Below, piece after piece: positions 9,456 through 17,295 of a stretch of DNA of 45,233 bases. Within the stretch, counting starts at the first letter, position 1, and the number at the start of each line of letters is the position of its first letter. Source of the DNA: a bacterium (lineage in GTDB: Bacteria; Patescibacteriota; Patescibacteriia; Patescibacteriales; GWC2-42-12); contig JAUSEG010000012.1 of assembly GCA_030650415.1 (NCBI GenBank), forward strand, positions 1-45,233, written 5' to 3'. Position numbers and translations under genes: made by a program. The notes beneath the pieces were generated by a model, which saw nothing but the letters and a program-made list of their open reading frames with translations, ran no database searches and was not told the origin of the DNA.

Positions 9456-9677
9456 TTATAAATATTTTTTTATTTCATCCATGTTGATTCCGGCGGCGTT
9501 TAAAATGGCGTGCGTGGTACCCTTGGGTAAATCCTTCGCATGGTAAGGCAGGGTTATTCTTTTCCCGTCAGAATGATAGAGAATACAATGGCTACCGGTA
9601 GTATGATCAATTTTAAAATCGGCTTTTTGCAAAATTTTAAGCAGTCGTTTTGGTTTTAAAACAGGAAGTTTAGGCAC
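9456..9677 (-). CDS. hicA: HicA-family toxin (likely GTG start, overlapping hicB stop)
   Basis: PKLP...TGSH.IL...TLPYH.KDLPKGT..AIL..AG. Confidence 0.88.
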   Translation of the reverse strand: MPKLPVLKPKRLLKILQKADFKIDHTTGSHCILYHSDGKRITLPYHAKDLPKGTTHAILNAAGINMDEIKKYL

Positions 9678-9924
9678 AAACAAGAGATTTATTTAAAGAT
9701 AGGCGAACCGAACCGATAAAAGTTTCGTCATCCGAAGGGATTGACACTTTATGTTTTTTTAAAGATAAAAGATAGCCGTGGATGGCATCAGCCGCCATTT
9801 TACGAGCTTCTTTCAAATCGCGCCCATAAGTAATACAGCCGGGCATAGCCGGGACCATAACCGTATAGCCGCCTTCCGGTTCCGACCGGAAGATTACATT
9901 GTATTGCAATTTTTCTTGTTTCAT
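9670..9924 (-). CDS. hicB: HicB-family antitoxin
   Basis: EPEGGYTV.VPA.PGCITYG..L.EA..MA.DAI. Confidence 0.9.
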   Translation of the reverse strand: MKQEKLQYNVIFRSEPEGGYTVMVPAMPGCITYGRDLKEARKMAADAIHGYLLSLKKHKVSIPSDDETFIGSVRLSLNKSLVCA

Positions 9925-10028
9925 GGTTTTAATATAGCATATTTTATGGCTCTGTCAATAAGCTACGAGCGTTTAGGGTCTTGCAAAATTAATTATTAGC
10001 TATAGTATTAGATATTAATAGCCAATCG

Positions 10029-10129
10029 AGGTTTTGCGCTAAATTTTTCATTCATTTTTTTAAATATAGCCAATTCCATAGCCAGTTTATCCCAGTTCAT
10101 TGTGCTGAACTCATCGTATAACCGACCCA
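10029..10129. repeat. 101-bp direct repeat, copy 2 (att-like)
   Basis: 88% identical to 6762-6862; ends CCGACCCA and is followed by hairpin AAAAACACCT...AGGTGTTTTT. Confidence 0.9.
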
Positions 10130-10218
10130 AACGAGAATTGAATAAAAACACCTTTAATTATATACTAGAGTTAGAGGTGTTTTTTGTTTCTAACGGATTT
10201 ATTTTTAATTTGATTAAT

Positions 10219-10761
10219 ATGATAAAAATCACTTACTTTGTTCATGGAACGACTACCGACAACGAAAAGGAAATTTCCTCTGGTTGGTTTGACGTTGATC
10301 TTTCTGAGCTTGGAGTTAAGCAGTCGGTTGAGTTAAGAAAATTGGTTAAAGATAAACATTTTGATACTGTTTTTTGTTCTGATCTAAAACGAGCCGCGCG
10401 TTCAGCGAAATTAGTTTTTGAAGATGATGTTGAAATAATTCAAGACAGCAGACTAAGAGAGTGCAATTATGGTGAGTATAATGCAAAACCATCAAAAATA
10501 GTTGAACCAATGCACGAGATGAATATAACCAAAAAATTTACCGGCGGCGAAAGTTATGAAGATGTCAAAGCCAGAATGGGCAGTTTTCTGGATTATTTGA
10601 AAAAAAATTATGACGAAAAGTCGGTGGCAATTGTAGCTCACAAAGCGCCTCAATTAGCCCTAGATGTAATACTCAAGAATAAAACTTGGAAGCAGGCTTT
10701 CGCCGAGGATTGGAGGAAAAAGAAAGCATGGCGACCGGGCTGGGAATATATTGTTAAGTGA
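10219..10761 (+). CDS. Histidine phosphatase (PGAM) family protein
   Basis: FVHG.T..N, SG..D..LS..G, SDL.RA, RLRE..YG, GESY, VAH. ATG 10219 preferred over the ORF-track start. Confidence 0.8.
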   Translation: MIKITYFVHGTTTDNEKEISSGWFDVDLSELGVKQSVELRKLVKDKHFDTVFCSDLKRAARSAKLVFEDDVEIIQDSRLRECNYGEYNAKPSKIVEPMHEMNITKKFTGGESYEDVKARMGSFLDYLKKNYDEKSVAIVAHKAPQLALDVILKNKTWKQAFAEDWRKKKAWRPGWEYIVK

Positions 10762-10793
10762 TTAATTTTTATTAAGAGCGTTAGAATTTTAAT

Positions 10794-11393
10794 ATGAGTA
10801 TGAAAAACATAAAATCATTTATTAAGCGCAACAGGTTTATTATCATTTCATTTTTGGCGGTTATTTTAATTGTGGCTTTTGTTGAATTAGGCATGGGCAG
10901 GTCGTTCTTCGGACCGGATGGGAAATTCGGCTGGTGGGACGGGAATATTTGGGGAAACGAAAATTCACAGCGTGTTGCTGACGTTTATTCTTTTACGCAT
11001 ATTATACATGGGCTAGTTTTTTATCCGTTTTTATGGATAGTTGTTCGGCGGTTTCCTGCGCGCTACCGTTTTCTTGCCGCGCTTATTTTGGAGGGTGCTT
11101 GGGAGATTTTAGAAAATTCTTCGTTTATTATTAATCGCTACCGAGAAGCGACAATTTCACAGACATATTTCGGCGACAGTATTCTCAACTCGTGTAGCGA
11201 CGTGGTAATGATGTCGATTGGTTTTTTAATAGCGTATCGTTTACGGCCATGGCTGAGTGTATTAATTGTTATCTGCATAGAACTCGTCTTGCTTTTATGG
11301 GTGCGCGACAACCTTAGCACTAACATCATTATGCTTATTCATCCTATTGATGCTCTTAAAACCTGGCAATCAGCCATCCAGCCTCATTTTTAA
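10794..11393 (+). CDS. DUF2585/UPF0314-like membrane protein
   Basis: MGR, NSQ..AD.YSFTHIIHG, WEILENS, Y.GDSILNS, RDNL..N. Confidence 0.8.
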   Translation: MSMKNIKSFIKRNRFIIISFLAVILIVAFVELGMGRSFFGPDGKFGWWDGNIWGNENSQRVADVYSFTHIIHGLVFYPFLWIVVRRFPARYRFLAALILEGAWEILENSSFIINRYREATISQTYFGDSILNSCSDVVMMSIGFLIAYRLRPWLSVLIVICIELVLLLWVRDNLSTNIIMLIHPIDALKTWQSAIQPHF

Positions 11394-11500
11394 GGTATTA
11401 AAATCTCCTTCCCTCGCCATATTTCAATCAATAGCGGGGTGAGGAAAATAAAAAAAGAGAGCGTGGTATAAGCCAGCTCTCTGATAGTTAAGTCCAACGG

Positions 11501-12124
11501 TTAATAGGCGCTAAGACTTAAGCGCCCCTCGCACGACGGCGACCCATATTGCGGAGCCGAATAATCGCCGTAAACGGCGCCGAGCCAGGGAATAATCTTG
11601 CCATTAAGGAACAGGCACAAAAGACGATTTCCATCATAAACAGTGCCGGTCAGATTCAAATAATGGTGGCGAAGAATCTCCGGCTCGTACATGGCCATCG
11701 TGATTCCCTCGGCCGCAGTACAGGGAAAACGGCCAAACCGATCAAACTGTTGAAGACAGACACTTGGCTTAACGCCGAGCATTCCACGCCCATCTTCAAT
11801 GCCTGCCATGAGGTAATGTCCTCGCGGAATTCTTTGGTTTGGATTGATTATTCTGTGTTCGTCGTAAATGTAAGTTACACCAGGGTTACCGTTAAACGAT
11901 ACTTTGGTCATACGCTCGTAGAACGGCAAACCCGACCTTTGCGGAATGATAGTAAAGGGAATTCTACCTTTGCCCTCATGTGTCGCGCGAACCTTCACAA
12001 GAAGCGAAAACAAAGGCTTAATTTCCACTTCCGTAGCCAGCTCGGCTTTTCGGAGCGCCTCCATTCGCTCATCGAAAAGCTTTTTCAGAATTGCGGGCGC
12101 GGTGTTAGTTATTATTGTGCTCAT
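11501..12124 (-). CDS. Hypothetical protein, DUF5701-like
   Basis: IEDG..M....PS, R.P.T..EG, PEIL..H, GSPSC; has its own AGGAGG SD and promoter. Confidence 0.55.
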   Translation of the reverse strand: MSTIITNTAPAILKKLFDERMEALRKAELATEVEIKPLFSLLVKVRATHEGKGRIPFTIIPQRSGLPFYERMTKVSFNGNPGVTYIYDEHRIINPNQRIPRGHYLMAGIEDGRGMLGVKPSVCLQQFDRFGRFPCTAAEGITMAMYEPEILRHHYLNLTGTVYDGNRLLCLFLNGKIIPWLGAVYGDYSAPQYGSPSCEGRLSLSAY

Positions 12125-12198
12125 CAGAAACCCCTCCTTCCTTGGGGTTGATTTTTTGGTTGATTGTGAATTTTGAAATAGCGATTAGGGATGGCCAT

Positions 12199-12227
12199 AA
12201 CTTAACATACGCGGATATTCCAGTCAA
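12199..12227 (-). promoter_or_regulatory. Sigma70-like promoter
   Basis: TTGACT-17 nt-TAAGTT with an extended TG. Confidence 0.55.
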
Positions 12228-12282
12228 ATATTCTTCCTCTTGATAAATATAGCCCGAGAGACTATTATTATTAATATTATTC

Positions 12283-12382
12283 ACCCCATTAAATATTTTA
12301 ATCAGTAGCTATAAAATCTTTAAAAAGATTAATATTAATAGGGAAATTTTTAAATTATAAAAATGAATAAATTTAACGGGGT
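12283..12382. repeat. CCCCRTTAAAT...ATTTAACGGGG palindromic element
   Basis: Arms ACCCCATTAAAT / ATTTAACGGGGT; related copies at 21226, 37598 and 39278. Confidence 0.7.
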
Positions 12383-12431
12383 AAAATTTAAACTAGTCTC
12401 AAAATTCAAACCCACCGGCGACCCCCGCTAG
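12363..12431 (+). pseudogene. Relic duplicate of the uvrB 5' end (22 aa)
   Basis: [22 protein letters not shown] versus the UvrB start [16 protein letters not shown]. Confidence 0.7.
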
Positions 12432-12471
12432 AAGCGCGGGGCGAGCGTCGACAAAAAAAATTACTTATTAT

Positions 12472-14295
12472 ATGCCTAAATTTATATTAAAAAGCAAGTT
12501 TCGTCCGACCGGCGACCAGCCGGAAGCTATTGCTAAGTTGGTAAACGGCCTAAATAAAGACTATCGCGATCAAACCCTCCTGGGCGTAACCGGCTCTGGC
12601 AAGACTTTTACTATGGCCAACATCATTGAAAAAATTCAAAAACCAACTTTGATAATTTCTCATAACAAAACCCTGGCCGCCCAGCTCTATGGCGAGTTTA
12701 AACAATTTTTTCCGGAGAACGCCGTGCATTATTTCGTTTCTTATTATGATTATTATCAACCCGAAGCCTATATCCCCCAAACCGACACCTATATCGAAAA
12801 AGAAGCGACCATCAACGAAGAAATTGACCGCTTGCGCCATGCCGCCACCCAATCTCTGCTTAATCGCCAAGACGTTTTAATCGTGGCCAGCGTTTCCTGC
12901 ATCTACGGTTTGGGCGAACGCGCCGAGTACGAAGCCATGAGCCGGCATTTCCGGGTTGGACAAAAAATCAAACGCCATCAGCTCTTGCGCGATTTAATAA
13001 AAATCCAATATACGCGCGACGATAAAGAATTTAAACGGGGCAGTTTCCGCGTTAAAGGCGAAAACGTTGACATTCACTTAGCTACGGGCGAGGGCCTGGT
13101 TAGAATTACTATGTTCGGCGATGTAATTGATAAAATCAATATCTATAATATCCGACCGGGAGCAGACGCGCCGCTCTGGTCGGCCGATTACCGCCGCCAG
13201 CATGCCCAGGAACTCGAAAAAATTTCTATTCTCCCTGCCAAGCACTTTATGACGCCGGAAGATAAAATGGCCAGAGCCCTAAAAAATATTCGCCAAGAAT
13301 TAAAACAAAGGCTTAAAGAATTAAAGAAGCAAAGCAAAGAAATGGAAGCTTACCGGCTGGATAAAAAAACCAACTATGACTTGGAAATGATGGAAGAAGT
13401 CGGCTATTGCAATGGCATAGAAAACTATTCTCGGCATCTAACCGGCCGCGCGCCCGGTTCGCCGTCCGAAACTTTAATTGATTTTTTCCCTAAGGATTAT
13501 TTAATGTTCATGGACGAATCGCATGTCTCTGTACCGCAAATCCGCGGCATGCACGCCGGCGACCAATCAAGAAAGCAAACCTTGATTGATTTCGGCTTTC
13601 GCCTGGAAAGCGCGCGGGACAATCGACCACTTAGCTTTAAAGAATTCAATGACAAAATTAAACAGGTAATTTATGTCAGCGCCACGCCGGCCGAATATGA
13701 AATAAAGAATTCTAAGCAGATAGTCGAGCAATTAGTTAGGCCGACCGGACTCTTAGATCCGGAAATAAAAGTCAGGCCAAACGCCGGGCAGATTGAAGAT
13801 TTAATTAAAGAAATAAAAGTGAGAACCGCCAAGGGCCAAAGAACTCTGGTCACGACCTTAACTAAACGGATGGCTGAAGAATTATCCAGCTACTTAGCCG
13901 AACAAAAAATTAAAGTTAACTATCTGCATAGCGAGGTCAGCACTCTGGAGCGGGTGGATATCCTGCGCGATTTACGCCTAGGAAAATACGATGTTCTGGT
14001 TGGCATTAATCTCTTGCGCGAAGGCCTGGATCTGCCCGAGGTATCGCTCGTAGCAATTTTAGACGCGGATATGTCCGGCTTCCTGCGCACCGAAACCTCG
14101 CTCATCCAGACCATGGGCCGCGCCGCTAGGCACCTGGAAGGCAAGGTTATCATGTACGCGGATAAAATCACGCCGGCCATGCGCTACGCCATTAACGAAA
14201 CTAAGCGACGCCGCCGCTATCAGGAAAATTACAATAAACAGCACGGCATCATACCGCGGCAAATTACGGCTAAATTTCATGAGAGTATGATTTAA
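12472..14295 (+). CDS. uvrB: Excinuclease ABC subunit B (short C-terminus)
   Basis: [36 protein letters not shown]. Confidence 0.98.
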   Translation: MPKFILKSKFRPTGDQPEAIAKLVNGLNKDYRDQTLLGVTGSGKTFTMANIIEKIQKPTLIISHNKTLAAQLYGEFKQFFPENAVHYFVSYYDYYQPEAYIPQTDTYIEKEATINEEIDRLRHAATQSLLNRQDVLIVASVSCIYGLGERAEYEAMSRHFRVGQKIKRHQLLRDLIKIQYTRDDKEFKRGSFRVKGENVDIHLATGEGLVRITMFGDVIDKINIYNIRPGADAPLWSADYRRQHAQELEKISILPAKHFMTPEDKMARALKNIRQELKQRLKELKKQSKEMEAYRLDKKTNYDLEMMEEVGYCNGIENYSRHLTGRAPGSPSETLIDFFPKDYLMFMDESHVSVPQIRGMHAGDQSRKQTLIDFGFRLESARDNRPLSFKEFNDKIKQVIYVSATPAEYEIKNSKQIVEQLVRPTGLLDPEIKVRPNAGQIEDLIKEIKVRTAKGQRTLVTTLTKRMAEELSSYLAEQKIKVNYLHSEVSTLERVDILRDLRLGKYDVLVGINLLREGLDLPEVSLVAILDADMSGFLRTETSLIQTMGRAARHLEGKVIMYADKITPAMRYAINETKRRRRYQENYNKQHGIIPRQITAKFHESMI

Positions 14296-14331
14296 AAAAG
14301 AGCGGTGATCATTTGATCCCGCTCTATTGGC

Positions 14332-14796
14332 TTAGAGAGAACATTGGCTTAGAAAAAACATTGACTTAACCGGCCGTCTGCTTTTTTTAGATAATCCCAG
14401 CTTTATCATATTGATTTTACGATAATAGCAAGATTTTCTGTAGCTTCCGTGCCTATCCTTAGTATGGCAAGCGCCACAACCTCCGACCGGCTCAACCAAA
14501 TAAAGCAAACTGTTTTGCTCGCAGTTTACTCTGACATCCTTAATTTTCAACACGCAACCGGAAGTTTCTCCTTTTATCCATAGCTCGTTTCTGGAAGTCG
14601 ACCAGAATACGGCCGTTCTTCTTTCCACTGTCAAACTGACGGCTTTGGCGTTGGCATAGGCTAAGAGCAAAACTTCTTTAGTTTGCCAGTCCTGCACCAC
14701 CACCGGTAGCACTCTAAGACCGAGCCTGGTAATCTTCTTAAGTTTGCCAAAGTCCAAACACAATCGTCCATTTTCTTCCAGTTCTTTTCTTTTCAT
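14332..14796 (-). CDS. hisI: Phosphoribosyl-AMP cyclohydrolase
   Basis: PVVVQD..T.EVL.LAY.N, FWSTSRNELWIKGETSG, NCEQNSLL, ACHT, SCYYR. ATG 14796 preferred. Confidence 0.9.
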   Translation of the reverse strand: MKRKELEENGRLCLDFGKLKKITRLGLRVLPVVVQDWQTKEVLLLAYANAKAVSLTVERRTAVFWSTSRNELWIKGETSGCVLKIKDVRVNCEQNSLLYLVEPVGGCGACHTKDRHGSYRKSCYYRKINMIKLGLSKKSRRPVKSMFFLSQCSL

Positions 14797-14848
14797 TTTG
14801 TTTATTTGTTTATTGTTTACCGTAGTCTGTCGTTTGATTGTAAAGATC

Positions 14849-14941
14849 AAAAAACCCTTCTTATTTCCAAGAAGGGTGGAGGTTTGATTATTTTAAAATA
14901 AAAACTCAACTCTTCTTAGAAACTAAAGAAGAGTTATGATG
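14849..14941 (-). promoter_or_regulatory. Candidate His attenuator (1:2, 2:3 and 3:4 helices)
   Basis: His-His codons, 10-bp 1:2 hairpin, 9-bp terminator with U tract; segment 2 is complementary to segment 3. Confidence 0.6.
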
Positions 14942-15226
14942 AGAATTTTCTCTATCTAAAATTAAACGATACCCGCCGGCGCCATTGTTCAACCATAGAG
15001 CCACGCGCGCCACCGTCGTGGTGCTGACTTTCAGCTTTTCCGCTATTTCACGGTAAGGCAAACCCTGATTTACCAGGCGGGCGATCTGCCAACGTTCGCT
15101 CATTTCCTTAATTTCATCAATCGTGCATAAATCACGAAAAAACCGCTCGGCTTCTTTAAGCGATTTTAGGCTAATTATCGCCTTAAACAGACTATCGGTT
15201 TTTTCATTAAATTTAAACTTTTCCAT
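14906..15226 (-). CDS. TrpR-like YerC/YecD regulator (HisR-type)
   Basis: FFRDLCT..E...M.ERW..A.L..G..YREIA....STTTVARV...L..G.GGY. Confidence 0.92.
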   Translation of the reverse strand: MEKFKFNEKTDSLFKAIISLKSLKEAERFFRDLCTIDEIKEMSERWQIARLVNQGLPYREIAEKLKVSTTTVARVALWLNNGAGGYRLILDRENSHHNSSLVSKKS

Positions 15227-15243
15227 AGATTTTTCCTTAACTT

Positions 15244-15263
15244 TGTATCACTATACTAATACA
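15244..15263. promoter_or_regulatory. Candidate autoregulatory operator
   Basis: Imperfect palindrome TGTATCACTATACTAATACA (16/20 symmetric), downstream of a minus-strand TTGACA at 15283-15288. Confidence 0.5.
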
Positions 15264-15333
15264 TTAACACAAATAAAAAATTTGTCAAGTCCCCTATTTA
15301 AGACATTGACAAACCGCTAACCTCCTTGCTTTT

Positions 15334-16755
15334 TTATTTAAATTCCGCCCGGCTTCTTAGCTTCCTGTGATAACCGATCGCGAAGCGGTGCGCTTCATCG
15401 CGCACTCGCTTAATCAGATGCAAGGCCGGCGAGGCTAAAGGCAATTCTAATGATTTTGACTCGCCGGGAAAAAATAGTTTGTCCGGCGCCGAGGCCGACC
15501 TTAGACCCAGCCCCTTGGAAATAGCGATCAATGGAATCGCCAGTTTTTGTTTTTTCAAAACGCTTGACGCCGCGTTTAGTTGAGGCTTGCCACCGTCCAC
15601 AATAATTAAGTCGGGTAGCGGCCAGCGCTGTTTGTCATCCTGGAGCGAAGCGATAGGATCTCTTCGTAATTTCCCTTCATGAGATGCTATCGCTCCCTGC
15701 GGTCGCTCCAGCATGACAGAATGAGTAAATCTCCTCTCAAGAACTTCCTTTAGCATACCTACGTCATTGGCTTGCCCTTGCCCAATTTTTATTTTAAATT
15801 TTCGATATTCATTTTTATTCGACTCGCCGCCGCTAAAAACTACCATGGAACCGACGGCTTCGCGCCCGAAAATATTGGCGATGTCATAGCCCTCTATCCG
15901 CTCCGGCGCTTTTGGCAAAGCTAGCAATTTGGCCAATTCCACTACGTCATTGGCGTATTTTTCTCCCACGCTTAGGACTCTGGCGTTCTCTAAAACCTGT
16001 TTCATATTTTTCAGTTCATATTTCAATCTGCCGAGCGCTTCATTATCGGCCTCGTCGCGATTATTCTTTTCCAGCTTCTTTATTTTAACTTCTCTGGCTA
16101 CGCCAGATCTGGCGAAGCCAGACAACTTCTTTATTCTAACTTCCATATTCTTAACTATCTTTCCCTTCTTCCCTTCTAAAAACATAATCAACGGTTTAAT
16201 CACCAACTTAATATACTCCTCTCTGGTAATCCGATCGGCGCAAATGCCTAAACATCTGCCAATTTGGTAATAAAAGCAAGGCCGGGTTTGCGTTTTTCTC
16301 ATATTGCAGTAGGGCCAAATTTTTCTGATGGCTCGAATAGTTTCGCGCGCCGCCAGAGAGCTTATAAACGGCCCGAAGTATTTACCCGATTTATCAATCT
16401 GCCTGGTTATGAAAACTCCGGGAATCTCATCTTCCGTGGAAATTTTAATATAGGCAAACCGCTTATCGTCCCGTAGAAGCACGTTATAATAGGGCTGATA
16501 TTTTTTTATTAAATTGGCTTCTAAGAGCAGAGCCTCGATTTCGCTGTCCACCGTAATCCACTTTATGGTTTTTATTTCCGCAAGCATCTTGTTTTTTGCC
16601 GGCGTGTGCCCGGCGCTCACGCGCCAATACGAAAGAACGCGGCTCTTTAAATTAGCCGCTTTGCCGATATAAATAATTTCTTTTTTACCGTTAAAAAACT
16701 GATAACAGCCGGGGGTTTCGGGTAGATTTAATTTTTTTACTTGTTCTAAGGTCAT
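15334..16755 (-). CDS. uvrC: Excinuclease ABC subunit C-like, with two in-frame repeat insertions and no C-terminal HhH
   Basis: LPETPGCY, IYIGKA.NL..RV, EALLLEANLIK, RIEGYDI, IVDGGKPQL, RDEAHRFAI. Confidence 0.92.
   Translation of the reverse strand: MTLEQVKKLNLPETPGCYQFFNGKKEIIYIGKAANLKSRVLSYWRVSAGHTPAKNKMLAEIKTIKWITVDSEIEALLLEANLIKKYQPYYNVLLRDDKRFAYIKISTEDEIPGVFITRQIDKSGKYFGPFISSLAARETIRAIRKIWPYCNMRKTQTRPCFYYQIGRCLGICADRITREEYIKLVIKPLIMFLEGKKGKIVKNMEVRIKKLSGFARSGVAREVKIKKLEKNNRDEADNEALGRLKYELKNMKQVLENARVLSVGEKYANDVVELAKLLALPKAPERIEGYDIANIFGREAVGSMVVFSGGESNKNEYRKFKIKIGQGQANDVGMLKEVLERRFTHSVMLERPQGAIASHEGKLRRDPIASLQDDKQRWPLPDLIIVDGGKPQLNAASSVLKKQKLAIPLIAISKGLGLRSASAPDKLFFPGESKSLELPLASPALHLIKRVRDEAHRFAIGYHRKLRSRAEFK
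15633..15718. repeat. TGTCAT..CTGGAG-type palindromic element in frame in uvrC
   Basis: TGTCATCCTGGAGCG...CGCTCCAGCATGACA; homologs at 34785 and 38078. Confidence 0.88.
16093..16122. repeat. 30-bp AGATCT-centred palindrome in frame in uvrC
   Basis: TCTGGCTACGCCAGATCTGGCGAAGCCAGA flanked by an 18-bp near-duplicate; related copy at 43456-43500. Confidence 0.85.
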
Positions 16756-16763
16756 ATTATGTT

Positions 16764-16891
16764 TGTCATTGCGGGCTTGACCCGCAATCCAGGGGTGAGC
16801 AATAAAGACATTAATACTACTAGCTTCTGGATTCCGGCTCGCCTTCGGCTTTAGGGCCGGAATGACAAAAAAACGGTCGCTCGCAATGACA
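16764..16891. repeat. Composite TGTCAT palindromic element
   Basis: Reverse complement aligns to 22907-23058, including the spacer. Confidence 0.88.
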
Positions 16892-16983
16892 ATAATAAAT
16901 AATCTACCACCTTTATATATAAAAAACAACCCACTTTAAAAATGAGTTGTTTTCATAATTCTTTATTCCTGATTCATTATTCA

Positions 16984-17160
16984 CTATTTGATTTCAATCG
17001 CCTGCACCGGGCAGCTTTCGGCCGCGTTTTTAGCGCAAGGTATATCTTCCTGGCTAAGCACGTCCACCTTATTATCGGCATTTAACTTAAAAACCTTGGG
17101 ACATAGAACTTCGCAGGTTCCGCAACCGATGCATAAATCATTGTTTACTTTAATAGACAT
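16984..17160 (-). CDS. Ferredoxin, 58 aa (absent from ORF track)
   Basis: MSIKVNNDLCIGCGTCEVLCPKVF...AAESCPVQAIEIK; CxxCxxC...CP motif. Confidence 0.92.
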   Translation of the reverse strand: MSIKVNNDLCIGCGTCEVLCPKVFKLNADNKVDVLSQEDIPCAKNAAESCPVQAIEIK

Positions 17161-17166
17161 AGAGTT

Positions 17167-17291
17167 AAAATTTCCAATTTTTAATTTTTAATTTCTAAAC
17201 AATTTCCAATTACTAAATTTTCAAACAGATTAATTGAAAATTTAAATATTAAGTCATTGTTTGAAAATTGTAAATTGAAAATTGAAAATTT
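17167..17291. repeat. Inverted pair of AATTTTC-type heptamer tracts
   Basis: Both arms follow 4 heptamers + AAAC + ~3 heptamers in opposite orientation. Confidence 0.7.
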
Positions 17292-17295
17292 GCTA

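Noticed and set aside
6762-10129. 101-bp repeats as a DGR template/variable repeat pair
   Set aside because: The 12 mismatches are not adenine-specific on either strand of either copy, and no reverse transcriptase is in the window.
10102-10218. N-terminal extension of the phosphatase
   Set aside because: Runs through the att-like repeat and terminator; the family motif begins after ATG 10219.
11549-12151. 200-aa plus-strand ORF
   Set aside because: Antisense to the minus-strand gene that has a promoter and SD.
16756-16929. N-terminal extension of UvrC
   Set aside because: It is a translation of the palindromic element; ATG 16755 fits the family start.
16988-17191. 67-aa plus-strand ORF
   Set aside because: Antisense to the ferredoxin.
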